From NCBI GenBank assembly GCA_965644295.1, contig CBFFRP010000290.1:43121-107120 (forward strand): DNA of 64,000 bases, written 5' to 3'. A model generated the notes under the pieces. That model was not told the origin of the DNA. It saw only the letters and a program-made list of their open reading frames with translations, and did no database searches. The DNA comes from Paraphysomonas bandaiensis (Eukaryota > Protista > Chrysophyceae). This document shows positions 15,901 to 28,462 of this stretch, piece by piece (the stretch's first letter is position 1; the number at the start of each line of letters is the position of its first letter). The position numbers and the translations under genes are program-made.

Positions 15901-16505
15901 CTATAATTCCACAGTCTCAGCATTTCGTGCACGAATTAACAATTCTTTAAATCCTGTAGTATTATCATATTCTCGAACAAATTGAAGCAAAGGTTGCTCA
16001 AGAATAACTATTTCTGCAGTAGTATGAATAACACATCCGTGCAACACGTGACCCCCTTTGCAGTCTCCTTTTTCGTCACAAACCGTCATATGCAAATGCG
16101 TATTAAAAACATCACTGCTACCATCAGAACCACCATATGATAGGGTTCCTGTAAGACTTGTGATTTCAAAGTTTCTATCTTGCATATTCAATACTTCCAT
16201 TGAGTTCGACTTCACGCTTGTAGCTAATCGCAACGCAACACTGCTCAGTGATCCAACGCACGATACAACGGCACCGGCTCTAATGCTGTAGGATTTCGTG
16301 AGTAACTCCAATTCCCTCTGTGGTTAAATTAATGCCAAAATGAATTGAATTAAGTAACTACCCTCATATCTTGGCCAGGTCGTAATCTCACACTTACAGT
16401 ATACACTGAGCTCGATACACCTGTATCATGAGTCCCTTGTGTTGGTGAGGCATCAACTGACCATCCCAAGCATACTAAAATCAATACAATAGAGCTGAGC
16501 TGCAT
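15901..16505 (-). CDS. PPC/DUF296 domain protein with an apparent signal peptide (2 exons)
   Basis: MQLSSIVLILVCLGWSVDA..., VRLRPGQD, SCVGSL, FEITSLTGTL, HLHMTVCD, GGHV, TTAEIVI, REYDNTTGFKEL. Confidence 0.88.
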
Positions 16506-16847
16506 CGATGCCAATACATAAAGGTAGCACACTCCTACTTGCAAAGTGCTGCAATAAGAAAGAGAAGAGTACGTGATAGTATAGTATGGTGTGGATACCA
16601 CACAGCCATGTCCACTACGCACCCCTGCTGTACATATATACAGTACTGTACATATAGGTACAACAGTGCACACGTACACACCTTCATACACTCTATATAG
16701 AGCAGTACACGGGTACATGTATACTCACATGGAGGTGTAGGAGAGTACGTACACATTCTTATATAGCTAGCAGCGCCCCTGATAGAAGTCCAGAGGACAT
16801 CCATACATTAGAGATTGTTGATCGAATAAGTGCTATAACTCACAGCA

Positions 16848-17224
16848 ATGGATATTGTTACATCTGACCAACTGAAAGAGAGGATCGAGGAAGCCTTGGA
16901 TCCTATCTTTGTGAGTGTGGAGGACGTGTCTGACGGCTGCGGTCAAAAGTTTGAGATTGTAGTAGCTAGTGGGTGTGTAGACCACCTTAACACCTTGTAT
17001 TTTGCTTATTAATATTCATTACGTGTAGACAATTTGCAGGAGTTGCAATGCTCGCTCAGCATAGACTCGTGAACAAGGTATATATTCATACGTATATTGA
17101 ACGGTTTAAATGGTATACTGTGCAACAGGCAATAGAGGAATATCGTGATAGAATTCATGCATTGTCATTGAAAACAATGACCCCAGAGAAGTGGGAGAAA
17201 CAGAAGAGCAATATTGATTCCTAG
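16848..17224 (+). CDS. BOLA2: BolA2/Fra2-like protein (3 exons)
   Basis: Manual splice: MDIVTSDQLKERIEEALDPIFVSVEDVSDGCGQKFEIVVASG/QFAGVAMLAQHRLVNK/AIEEYRDRIHALSLKTMTPEKW. Absent from the ORF track. Confidence 0.88.
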
Positions 17225-17639
17225 ATCCGCTGCATTCTTGAGCTGTGTTGTGTTAAGCAAGAGAAGATGAGGTAGAACACTTGCAAAGTATACGCAACGC
17301 GTAAATATAAATTTGTTTATTTTTTTGTCCTCTCTGTTCGCTCAATATCTGTATGGATTCGGATGTTTACATTACAGCTGCAATACATTGACTAGTATAG
17401 ACCCAGTATATAAATTTGCTGCTATGAAGACGGCCGGAAAACAGTATTTTGCAATGTGTACCATCAATCCTAGCTACGTAGTACTTGAACCTATTTCGAA
17501 TATGTAATACATCAAGCTAATTTCATCTAGAAACGTTCATACTTCTTGTACTAAAGGCTTCGTTTCTGAAACTTTGTACGACCATGGATAAAGGGTACGT
17601 ATATTATATGCTGCATATATATTATATATTTAATATACG

Positions 17640-18550
17640 TATACCCATTTTGTCTCAAAAAAATGTTTTGATCGGAATTGGGTTCAACAGAACGCTCATA
17701 CTAGCACCAGGTAAATATAGAAATTAAACATTTATATTTGGTTTGAAGAAAACTCGCTTCTACGTTGATTATGATAATGACTTTGATTCGTATGTAATTC
17801 ATTATTCATTATATTACACAATTGTGAAATAAACACAACAATGAGTCAACTTTCAAAAGCAGATCATCATACACTCCAAGCTATATTTCATCCTTAGCCT
17901 GATGTAGAAGATCATCATGTTTACATTGTAAGCAATCTATTTTCATTACCTGACCTGATCTTCATCGCCAGGACTTCGAAACAACTTCGGGAATATTACT
18001 GGTGGAGAATATTAAGGAGATGAAGATGATTAGGAGTACTGGCACCCAATCTATTCCGGTTTCGGGCCACGACGTGCGTATCATATCATACACAATACAC
18101 ACAGCATTTGAGTTAGTTGCACTAGCAAGGGTTACGTGATGTATCTCAATGTGATGATGATGCCCGCAACATAAAAGAGCCTTGCGTGACTACAACTTTT
18201 TACATTCATCATCACATTTACATACAAATTTCAATACCTCACAGTTGCTATACACATAAGAATCGTTCTGTGGTAGGAGTACATTTGTTGTAGCCAGTAG
18301 CCATTATTTTAATTGCCATTCTTTAAGCTTATATATAGATCCCATTAATATTTTATTTTTTCTTAATGTTAATCAGGGAAACTCTATTTCCTCATACAGC
18401 AAGCCAGCTACAAATAGATACATTAAAAATGCTAGATTAAAAAAATAGTCATGAAGATAATCTACAATTTAACCTGGGGATAAGGAGTACTTTCATCCAA
18501 AATTTTTAGCGCAGAATGATGTAGCCTCCTTATTACTTGTGGATAGCTAG
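17640..18550. repeat. Diverged dispersed repeat, copy A (copy B ~21590-23410; short pieces ~50790 and ~56595)
   Basis: Collinear shared blocks CCAGGACTTCGAAACAACTTC, GTGGTAGGAGTACATTTGTTGTAGC, GCTACAAATAGATA and GGGATAAGGAGTA. Confidence 0.75.
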
Positions 18551-18787
18551 CTATACCTTCAAGATTACTTAACACTTTTCATTCATTTTAGAGACCAATC
18601 AAATCGTATAACCACTAGTCAGACAAAAGTATGCGCAGCAAGCGTATTAAGTTATAATAAACATTATTATTATGCGGTAAGATTGATTTCGTTTCGAGAA
18701 TATTAAATATGGTAATAAAATAATTATAATGTCATAAATCAAATTATGTAGCCAATAGAGCAGCGAGAAAATAAGAGCAGAACGGAA

Positions 18788-20785
18788 TTAGTCAATCTCC
18801 TCAATCTTAGGCCCGTCATCTCCTCCTCCAGACGGTGGTGCCCCTCCAGCGCCGCCAGGCATTCCTCCACCAGGGAACCCACCAGGCATTCCTCCACCTG
18901 GCATACCGCCTGGCATACCTCCAGGCATACCACCCTCTCCGCCACCAGAGAGATTCTGAAGGATGGGGAGGACTACAGATTCCAATGATTTCTGCTTGGC
19001 TTCATATTCTTCCTTCTCGGCGTTCTGGTTGTTATCCAGCCACTGTGTGGTTTCAGTAATGGCGGCCTCGACTTTCGCCTTGTCGTCTGCAGAAATCTTG
19101 TCGGCCATCTTCTCATCATTCATTGTGTTTCGCATCTGGTAAGCATAATTTTCGAGAGAATTCTTGGCCTCTATGCGTGCACGATTAGCTTCGTCCTCTG
19201 CCTTATATCTTTCAGCCTCTTGCACTAAGCGCTCAATCTCCTCAGCGCTCATGCGACCTTTGTCGTTCTTGATAGTGATCTTCTGTTCCTTCCCTGTCGA
19301 TTTCTCAGCAGCGGATACGTTTAAGATACCGTTAGCATCGATGTCAAAAGTAACATCAATCTGGGGAACACCACGAGGCATGGGAGGGATTCCCTCAAGT
19401 TGAAACTTCCCAAGAATGTTGTTATCCTTGGTCATGGCACGCTCTCCCTCGAACACTTGGATGAGCACGCCGGGCTGGTTGTCAGCGTAAGTGGAAAACG
19501 TTTGGGACTTCTTGGCAGGAACAGTGGTGTTTCTTTTAATGAGTGCAGTCATGACACCACCAGCAGTCTCTATACCAAGAGAAAGAGGTGTTACGTCTAG
19601 GAGTAGAAGATCCTGGAGTTTCTCAGATTGGTCGGCGCCGGAGAGAATGGCGGCCTGCACAGTGGCACCGTATGCAACAGCCTCATCAGGATTAATAGAC
19701 TTGTTCAGTTCCTTGCCATTGAAGAAATCACTGAGCATCTCCTGAATCTTAGGGATACGGGTGGACCCTCCAACCAACACGATTTCATGTACCTGTGATT
19801 TTGATAGTTTGGAGTCCTTCAACACTTTCTCAACAGGGTCCATGCACTTACGGAAGTAGTCCATATTCATGTCCTCGAATCTTGCACGAGTGATAACAGA
19901 GTTGAAATCTACACCTTCGAAGAGAGAATCGATCTCAATATGAGCCTGAGTGGATGAGGAGAGAGTACGCTTGGCACGTTCACAAGCAGTACGCAAACGA
20001 CGCAGAGCACGTTGGTTGTCACCGATATCTTTGCGGAACTTGCGCTTGAACTCTTGCACGAAATATTCGACCATGCGATTATCAAAGTCTTCCCCACCCA
20101 AGTGAGTGTCTCCTGCAGTGGCTTTGACCTCAAAGATACCCTCCTCAATAGTCAGAAGAGACACATCAAAAGTACCTCCACCCAAATCAAAGATTAGAAC
20201 ATTCTTCTCAGTGCCTTTTTTATCCAGACCATACGCAATTGCAGCGGCGGTGGGTTCGTTGATAATACGCATCACATTTAGTCCTGAAATAACTCCAGCA
20301 TCCTTGGTAGCTTGCCTTTGAGAATCATTGAAGTATGCCGGCACAGTAATAACAGCGTTCTTGACTTCACGTCCGAGGTAAGCTTCCGCAATTTCTTTCA
20401 TCTTAACAAGAACCATGGATGATATTTCCTCCGCGGCAAATTGCTTTACTTCTCCCTTGAAAGTAACTTGGATAAGGGGTTTGTTGCTGGGCCCATCCAT
20501 CACTTTAAAAGGCCAGTGCTTTAAGTCATTCTGAACCACAGAGTCACCGAATCTTCTGCCAATCAACCGCTTCGCATCAAACACAGTGTTCGCAGCATTC
20601 ATTGCCACTTGGTTCTTGGCTGCATCACCGATAAGCCTCTCAGTCTCATTGAAAGCGACATAAGAGGGGGTGGTTCTGTTGCCCTGGTCATTGGCAATGA
20701 TCTCCACTCTATCATTCTGCCATACACCCACACAAGAATAAGTGGTACCGAGATCAATTCCAACTGAAGCTCCTTCTACTGCCAT
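18788..20785 (-). CDS. HSP70: Cytosolic HSP70, intronless
   Basis: [36 protein letters not shown] repeats and C-terminal GPKIEEID. Confidence 0.99.
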   Translation of the reverse strand: MAVEGASVGIDLGTTYSCVGVWQNDRVEIIANDQGNRTTPSYVAFNETERLIGDAAKNQVAMNAANTVFDAKRLIGRRFGDSVVQNDLKHWPFKVMDGPSNKPLIQVTFKGEVKQFAAEEISSMVLVKMKEIAEAYLGREVKNAVITVPAYFNDSQRQATKDAGVISGLNVMRIINEPTAAAIAYGLDKKGTEKNVLIFDLGGGTFDVSLLTIEEGIFEVKATAGDTHLGGEDFDNRMVEYFVQEFKRKFRKDIGDNQRALRRLRTACERAKRTLSSSTQAHIEIDSLFEGVDFNSVITRARFEDMNMDYFRKCMDPVEKVLKDSKLSKSQVHEIVLVGGSTRIPKIQEMLSDFFNGKELNKSINPDEAVAYGATVQAAILSGADQSEKLQDLLLLDVTPLSLGIETAGGVMTALIKRNTTVPAKKSQTFSTYADNQPGVLIQVFEGERAMTKDNNILGKFQLEGIPPMPRGVPQIDVTFDIDANGILNVSAAEKSTGKEQKITIKNDKGRMSAEEIERLVQEAERYKAEDEANRARIEAKNSLENYAYQMRNTMNDEKMADKISADDKAKVEAAITETTQWLDNNQNAEKEEYEAKQKSLESVVLPILQNLSGGGEGGMPGGMPGGMPGGGMPGGFPGGGMPGGAGGAPPSGGGDDGPKIEEID

Positions 20786-20963
20786 GTTTTAAAGGTGTTA
20801 AGTATATTTCGCTTGTAATGTCTTGTCGTTTACTGTAATAGTGATTGTTGTGATATTATGATACTGCGAGGAGATCATGGATACATGCACTTATCTCACC
20901 ACATCATCAACCGAATGTTCTTCAATCCTGATGTCCAATCACATCCATCCTTCACAGCACTTT

Positions 20964-20978
20964 CGAAGCTTCCGGAAA
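20964..20978. promoter_or_regulatory. Heat-shock element upstream of HSP70
   Basis: cGAAgcTTCcgGAAa is three perfect alternating nGAAn units ~180 bp 5' of the ATG; a two-unit cGAAtgTTCt lies at 20912-20921. Confidence 0.8.
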
Positions 20979-21589
20979 CATGAGGGTATTCTCATGTATA
21001 CCATTGTATATATGCAATACACTATGACATCACCAGCAGCAGCTCGGCAGTCATTGGAGCAATAGGCATCATGATGAAGCAAAGATCTTAACCAGCACCA
21101 TTGCAGTTCAACTCCACCAAACGAGTAGGGCTGAGCAATCATCCGTTGAATGTTATTGTGATTAAAGTTCAATGATCATGTATGGTATCGTCGCATCGTT
21201 GTGATTGTGATTGAAGGTGGAGAACGAGCTGTAGGATCTGTAGGGAGCGTGGTGCACATGTTATGTGTATGCATCGTTGTTATCACGTAGATGTAATAGT
21301 AGCTGTATCGTGATGAACGCATTCAGAGAAATCATTTGTTGATAGTTACAAAGTATTATTCTGTTTTAGTGATAATCACAAGTTGCTCCCATGGCAATGG
21401 AACTCTGTATTGCGATACTGTTCTTCCAGTTGCAACATCAACAATAATAATATTATCACTCAGTCTCGATTAGCTTTCATAAACAGTTTTATGTTAAGTC
21501 GCACATATGTATTCGAACATTTAATAGCGAGTGGTTGGTTATTACTATAATTTTCTAACTAGAAGATTTTGTGTGCTCCTATTTACCAT

Positions 21590-23410
21590 TATCCCCATTT
21601 TGACTCAAAAAAAGCTTGTGTTTGACCTGATTTTGTCTCACCAGAGCGCTCATATCAGCACTGGGCAAATATAGACATTCAACTTTAATATTCTGTTTAA
21701 CAAAAGCTACTTCTATCTTAATTAAGATAGTGACAGTCATATGTAGGTAAGTATGTATGTATGCAGTACACAATTATAGAGAAACCACAATCATGAGTCA
21801 ACTATACATAGTGAGGTCAGTGCAAGTGATCTGTCTTTATATCCAGGACTTCGAAACAACTTCAAGAATATTTCAGGAGAGTTTAATTGTCATATCTGCA
21901 GTGGCACCCAGTTCGTTTTTCTCAGGATATTGTGTGCCTCATATCATTCGATGAGTTGCACTCTCAGAGGTTAGCCCTATTGCATATAAATGTAATCATC
22001 ATGCTAATTAAGGCAACAAGAAGCCCCTCTTGCGCCTACAACTGTTCACATTCATCATCACACTTATGGTCATATTTCAACACCTCGCAGTTTCTATTCC
22101 CACAGTATTCGTTTGTGGTAGGAGTACATTTGTTGTAGCTGTTATAGAAACTTGGGGTACTATTGCTACTCCCTAAGCATACAGTATACATGTTATTGAT
22201 TTGAAACTATATAAGTTCTTATTTGTGTTCTTTCGTAATACAGCAAGCATGCTACAAATAGATATACAATCTAATATTAAGTTTTCAACATCATGAGGAC
22301 AAGCTACAACTTAACCTAGGGATAAGGAGTATCGCCCTTTGTCTAAATTAGGGCCTGGTAACCATTAATGACCCTTTAATGGTAGTCTAGTTCCCGGAAA
22401 TTATAATGGCATTAATGAAAAATATCCCGGCATTCTACTAACTTAAAGTAGATAGCACCACTCATATAATAGATCAGGGCCTGGTAACAATTAATGGTAA
22501 TGCAATTATAATTGCCGGGACATTTTTAATTAATGCCATTTTAATTGCGGGGAACTGGACTACCATTAATGGCATCCCATTAATGACCTGTACTGCTATA
22601 TATAGAACTGAGTGTATTTAATATAATAGAAAATAGTATCTCCTCTCTAAACAATATTAGACAACAATGTTCATGCAACTCTACAGGCACTCTGTGGCAA
22701 CTTTGTTCACTATCTTCTGACAATATCCATAGTGTCCTGAGAATAGTGTCCTGACGATATCCATAGCAACGTACCCATATACCCAAAAACTCTAAAATAA
22801 TCATTGAAAATATGCATATTCACCTAGAAACATTCATAAAAACACTATTTTTCCCCAAAGTTTAAAGAAGCTACTGTACACAACTCTGTATTTATACCAT
22901 CCCACATCCTGCATATTAAGAGAGCGACTAGTAGTTAAAATTTGTAGTCTGATATTCAACTAAAAATTAGTAATTTAGGGAGCACAACACAATCTATTAT
23001 ATGAGTATCTATTATATGAGTGGTGCTATCTACTTTAAGTTAGTAGATATTAATGGCCATTAATGGCCATTATAATTGCCGGGACATTTTTCATTAATAC
23101 CATTATAATTGCCCGGAACTGGACAACCATATGGGCCATTAATGGTTATCAGGCCCTGTAATAGATAGTGTTGTGCTCCCTTAATTACCAGTTTTATAGA
23201 TAGCAGTACAGGACATTAATGGCGGTCCGATTACCGACAATTATTATTGCATTAATGAGAAATGTCGCGGCAATTATAATGGCATTACCATTAACTCTTA
23301 CCAGGCCTTGGTCTAAATTCTAAATTTAAACTACTCGGACTTTTCGCCCTAGTTTCAAAATTTGAGCGCGGGACGATATAGCCTCCTAATTGCACGTGGT
23401 TAAATCTAAT
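21590..23410. repeat. Diverged dispersed repeat, copy B (interrupted by the MITE)
   Basis: Same blocks as 17640-18550 in the same orientation; similarity resumes after 23318. Confidence 0.7.
22349..23310. mobile_element. Non-autonomous hAT-type element (962 bp) with an 8-bp target-site duplication
   Basis: GTCTAAAT at 22341-22348 and 23311-23318; TIRs TAGGGCCTGGTAA / TTACCAGGCCTTG; long subterminal inverted blocks rich in CCATTAATGG. Confidence 0.85.
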
Positions 23411-23775
23411 TTAATGCACATTTTTTGCTGGAACGTGTCAAAATTAAGTAATTAATATTAATTCAACCACTGAGTCATGATAATGTTCAATTTCATTGCT
23501 TCTGCTGGTAGAGTTTGGTTTTAGATGTATATAATATTTAGTTATCATATCCTCTCTACCTTCGTACTGTCAAGACCACACATACGTATCAAAATACAGT
23601 GACAGGAAGTGGACATATTGGCATGTCAATCAATTTGTAAACCAGTATTACCTAGCAAGATAAATATAGCTAAATATACTGGTAGGGAATTCTACACAAT
23701 GTAGCACACAAGAATATATTCGTCAAAAATATGCACCCATGGGTATAAACACACGCATGATCCATTATACACCCT

Positions 23776-24852
23776 TCAAACCGTACTATTCTCGAGTTGT
23801 GGATTAACACTTTCAAATTCAAACTGGCCTTTTCCAACAGTATTAGGCGATGAGAATTCTCTCTCCTTGGCCATGTCGTAGTTGGACCTTCGACGAACAG
23901 CAAACATTCCACCCACAAGTAATAGTAGGCCAAAGAAGGCAGCAATTGATATACCAACAATAGCTCCAACACCAAGACCGGAAGTATCGTCATCACTCTT
24001 TTTCTTTTCATTGTTTGTAGTAGTATCGTCACCCACTACAATCACTCCTTTCATAGTTGGGTGCACAGAACAGTAGTATATGTAGGACCCTTCAGAATTA
24101 AATTGAACTATGTAATAGTTTGAACTCCCAGTCATCACATTGCTGCTTTCAAAAGTTTGATACGAGGAAAGAACAGTCGTGTCATTGGTAGATGTCACAT
24201 CATGTGGGAGTTCATCTGACCAGTTCCACATCACATAATCTCCAACAGCCACTGAAGTTTTTCCTTGGTCACCAACATCCACTCCCCAGGGTAATATTTG
24301 CATATTGGTTGGAGCAGCAGTAGGAGTAGGCGAAGGGGCTGGGCTAGGCATACCAGTAGGGGGACTACTTGTGGGTGCACTTGTGGTCGGGGAAAAACTC
24401 GGAGGAGATGATGTCGGATTCGGGGTACGTGCTACAACCTCGATTTGTCCCGTCATACTCGAGTGGACGGAGCAATCGTATGGGTAGATCCCAGCATTAT
24501 TAAATCGGACTGTATAAGAGTGTCCTTCGCCACTTTCCACCACTGAACTCGAAAAGCTATTCTCAGGGGTGGTGCCAAGCGAGCGAACACTGTGGCTCAA
24601 GTTATCAATCCAGTCCCATGTTACAGAATCTCCTTCATATATCACAGTCGTTCCTTGATTTCCGACGCTAATACCCCAATCGACTTTGGTTGTGACCGGA
24701 GTAAAGGTCGGGGAAGCTGATACCGACGGCATGGCTGAGGGAGAGGACGTTACTGGCGACAGAGTCGGTGCAGACGTCGACAAAACACACCCAATTAAAT
24801 AAAAGCAAGCACATGTAAACAGCATCTTTCCTGTTGGAAGTTGTATCATCAT
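23776..24852 (-). CDS. Type I membrane protein with two plastocyanin/amicyanin-like cupredoxin domains
   Basis: N-terminal hydrophobic leader; two HxV...YxCSVHxxMxG type-1 copper motifs; S/T/P-rich linkers; TM helix GAIVGISIAAFFGLLLLVGGMFAV followed by RRR. Confidence 0.85.
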   Translation of the reverse strand: MMIQLPTGKMLFTCACFYLIGCVLSTSAPTLSPVTSSPSAMPSVSASPTFTPVTTKVDWGISVGNQGTTVIYEGDSVTWDWIDNLSHSVRSLGTTPENSFSSSVVESGEGHSYTVRFNNAGIYPYDCSVHSSMTGQIEVVARTPNPTSSPPSFSPTTSAPTSSPPTGMPSPAPSPTPTAAPTNMQILPWGVDVGDQGKTSVAVGDYVMWNWSDELPHDVTSTNDTTVLSSYQTFESSNVMTGSSNYYIVQFNSEGSYIYYCSVHPTMKGVIVVGDDTTTNNEKKKSDDDTSGLGVGAIVGISIAAFFGLLLLVGGMFAVRRRSNYDMAKEREFSSPNTVGKGQFEFESVNPQLENSTV

Positions 24853-25255
24853 ATCGCTGTAATAAGTATATGTAAACTAACCAGCAGATCAATACTGTTA
24901 CTGCTATACAGTTGGGGATGTTATCATCACAGTACACAACAGTACAGTTCAAATACAACCCATAGCCAGCTGTGCACTTCTACGCACTGAAGTCTATTGC
25001 TTGTATCTGCACTATCATCATCATCATCAGCAGCAGCAGCAAAATCATGTTCAAAAGATTTGTGAAACAGGAGGAGCAGCAGCTCACGTTGAGGACGTTA
25101 TTGTGGAGGTTTAAAATCGTCAGATATGCAGTAAAATACGGGCAGTATTTCGTCTATGATTTCAAATATGGTCATTTCCAATTGACTTAAGGCGACTCTT
25201 CTGTGTACTGTGATTCTCCACCTCATTCCAGAACCGTAAAGAGGATTGTGTTGAA

Positions 25256-27184
25256 ATGTCATCTCTTGCTAGAAGTTTTCGCAAGCGTATGACGGATGCA
25301 TTCGAGTCACCTGACAGTAAATCTCGTAAGCTTCACACTGACGATGACTGCCATGATCCTCGCAAAACAATAAACAAGCCTTCTGCTTTTCCTCTATCTC
25401 CCTACCATAGCTGTGGCAGTGCAGCACAGCCGAAATACTTCGCTGATATCGTTCACAAGCAAATCAAATTGGAGCCCCTCTGTGTACGTATTGTAGATAC
25501 TCTGGAATACCAGCGCCTGTCGTCGCTGAAACAACTTGGTACATGTAATTATGTGTTTCGGGGTGCAACCCACTCTAGATTTGAGCATTCTATTGGTGTG
25601 GCGTACTTAGCGGAGCGTATGGCCAGAGGATTAATGGAATCACAACCAGAACTAAATATAACAGAGATTGATGTTTTATGTGTCAAAGTCGCTGGGCTTT
25701 GCCATGATCTCGGCCACGGGCCTTTCAGTCATGTTTTTGATGGAGTTTTCATCCGTCGAATGTACCCCAATGGTTTAGATGGTAATGGTACGAAATGGAG
25801 ACACGAGGATGGTAGTGTGAAAATGTTCCGGCACCTTCTCAAAGAAAATAACATCGACGTCTCGAAGTATGGCATTGGACCGCGAGACCTCATCTTCATT
25901 GAAGAGATTATCAATGGCACAGTGGAGAGTGAGAGAAATGGGAGAGATCCACTGAAGTTTTTTCTTTATGGTATGCTCTGGCTTTGTCTATGTCACCTAC
26001 CTAATGTTTGCACTGTCATTTAGATATTGTCAACAACTCGCGGTCTGGTTTGGATGTTGATAAGTTAGATTACTTTCAGGTATGTTGGTTGTATGCTTTT
26101 TGTTTTTCTAATCATAGTTGTATGTAGAGGGATGCGATGATGACAGGAGTTTCGAGTAATGTTGATTTTGATCGATTCTTTCAGCTGGCTCGAGTGGTTC
26201 CTGCCCAGCCGATTAACCCCGGAGTTGATCTTCTTTCCCCAGATTCAGACTACCCGTTAATGATATGTTATCCCCAAAAGATGGTCTCAGAGGCTGTTGG
26301 ACTCTTTGCGACGCGATTCAATATGCATAAGCAGGTATACACACATCAAGCAGTTAAGCAGGTCGAGTTCATGATAACGGACGCTCTGGAGCTTGCTGAT
26401 CCCTACATAACTATCCGTGGCAACCCATCTGACCGATTTCCCAAGGGCGAGTATCGTATCTCTGAAGCAGTTTTCGATATGCGAGCTCTGTCAAATCTGA
26501 ACGACACAATATTGGACGTTATTCTCTCTAGTACTGACAAGAGACTTGAACCAGCACAAGCTCTCATTCACCGTGTGCTACGGCGCCAATTGTACCGTTG
26601 CGTGGGAAAAACAACAATAGACGCCGATGATGACTGCTCGGATAAATCAGAAGCAGATATCCTTCAAGAAATAATTGCATGCAGCCACCGGGTAGATGGG
26701 GGAATGTTTAATGGTGAGTTAATAGATTCGCAAGGAGAGGATATTCAGCCGCTGCCGTACGACGACAACACAAACTTAGGCCATGAGGATAGTGGTGGAT
26801 TTGTGGTACTCGAGGAGAAAGATCTTATAGTCGAGAAGATGCATATTCACCACGGGTAAGATACCTGCGCTTCATATACCGTGATGTTATCGTTTATTAT
26901 GTAGAATGAAAAATCTTAATCCGGTATCGCGGCTACGTTTCTTCCCGAAAGCGTTGACTCTTCCTGGTAGCACCCTCAGATCCCGGCATTCCGGCCCTGT
27001 TGCAAGGCAGCTGGATGAACGGGTTTACCAGACACAGCTACCAAGAGTGTTTGAAGACAAGTCCATAAGGCTTTTCTGTCGTGCTCCGGAGAAGGAAGCT
27101 GCAGCTGTGCAAGCATTTGAAAAATGGTGTAGTGAGAGGAACTCCCACTTGCCTTTCCCATCGCTTAGCCAACCAGATAATTGA
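25256..27184 (+). CDS. SAMHD1: SAMHD1-like HD-domain dNTP triphosphohydrolase (no SAM domain), 4 exons
   Basis: QRLSSLKQLG, HSRFEHSIG, GLCHDLGHGPFSH, WRHEDGS, NNSRSGLDVDKLDY (mini-exon ~26024-26079), RFNMHKQVYTH, RRQLY. Confidence 0.9.
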
Positions 27185-27351
27185 TAATAGATGTTTACTT
27201 GGTTTAGATAATTGTCGTACATAGTCTGTAAGGAGCTAGAATTCGAATTATATCTGCTAATTAATTTCTTCTGGGTTACTTAACGACAAAGCTTTGTAGA
27301 AAATGTTATACGAACTAATATACGTATGAGTGAACTTATGCCATCAACACA

Positions 27352-27509
27352 ATGCAAGAGCGAGTGCATGAGAAAACGACATGTATTGTGCACTGCGTTC
27401 TATGAATAGAGTATCTGAAATACATAAAGCATGCAAGAGCGAGTGCATGAGAAAACGACATGTATTGTGCACTGCGTTCTACGAATAGAGCTGCTGAAAT
27501 ACATAAAGC
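27352..27509. repeat. 79-bp tandem duplication
   Basis: ATGCAAGAGCGAGTGCATGAG...ACATAAAGC occurs twice with a few mismatches. Confidence 0.9.
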
Positions 27510-27617
27510 CCAACCATAAAAAGGAAAATAAAACTGTGATGTACCGTGCTATTATAACATTAAGAAAGTACCTAACGCACTACACGTCATAACTCCTCAT
27601 GTTAAAACTAGCAGAAT

Positions 27618-28038
27618 TTACTCCTGCTGGTCAGCAATGGTAACTTCGACATCAACCCCAGGCTCAATGCTGATGTTGGTGATCTGTCTAACCTCATCGG
27701 CAGGGGAGTAAAGGTCGATCAAGCGCTGTACAGATAATTATTTACAAGTGAGTACAGAACGTAACGATATATCCTACCTTGTGGATACGCATCTGGAATC
27801 TGTCGTAGGTGTTGGTACCCTCACCATTAGGAGCCTTACGGGTCATAAGGCGGAGCACCTTGGTGGGCATACGAACAGGTCCAGAGACCTTGAGGTTCTT
27901 GCTGATAGCCCGGTTCTTGAGCTCAGCACACACTCTCTCCAAAGCCTCAACCTTTCTGGAGGTAAGAGTGATACGAATGCGATGAATGGCGACTTCGCCA
28001 ACATCAGCGGCCTTCTGTTTCATGGGAGGAGCTGCCAT
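27618..28038 (-). CDS. RPS20: 40S ribosomal protein S20 (uS10), 2 coding exons
   Basis: [49 protein letters not shown]...[13 protein letters not shown]. Confidence 0.97.
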
Positions 28039-28462
28039 TATTAGGACGAGGTGTAGCTTAAGACCACGGTAACCTGATCCTTCACACAATATAATGCCTC
28101 ACCTCTGTGTACATCAGCATGAAGACTCTAAACAAAAAACTTACAAAGCCACCACGCCATCAATCCACAAAGGACGGCCATATCTTTAAACGTCTTTTCA
28201 GTATGGTAATACTGTAAACAAAAAAAACAGATTTATCGGGATTTCAACATAAAATCTGATATTTCTAATAAAATCAATGATTTTCAGATGTACTGCTGTA
28301 CTTCTGCTGTATACGCACTTTCTTCGATTGTCTTTGAAGTGCAGATCAAGAAGATGAAGTTCAATATCCATCCTGATTTAGAACTTGATTCACTACAGAC
28401 ACACACATACACGATCTCTCCATATAGTAAAGATAGAAGCACCTCTACGCGATATCAGAGTC

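Noticed and set aside
18835-20321. Plus-strand ORFs overlapping HSP70, and similar antisense ORFs over other genes and TEs
   Set aside because: Shadow frames of real coding sequence.
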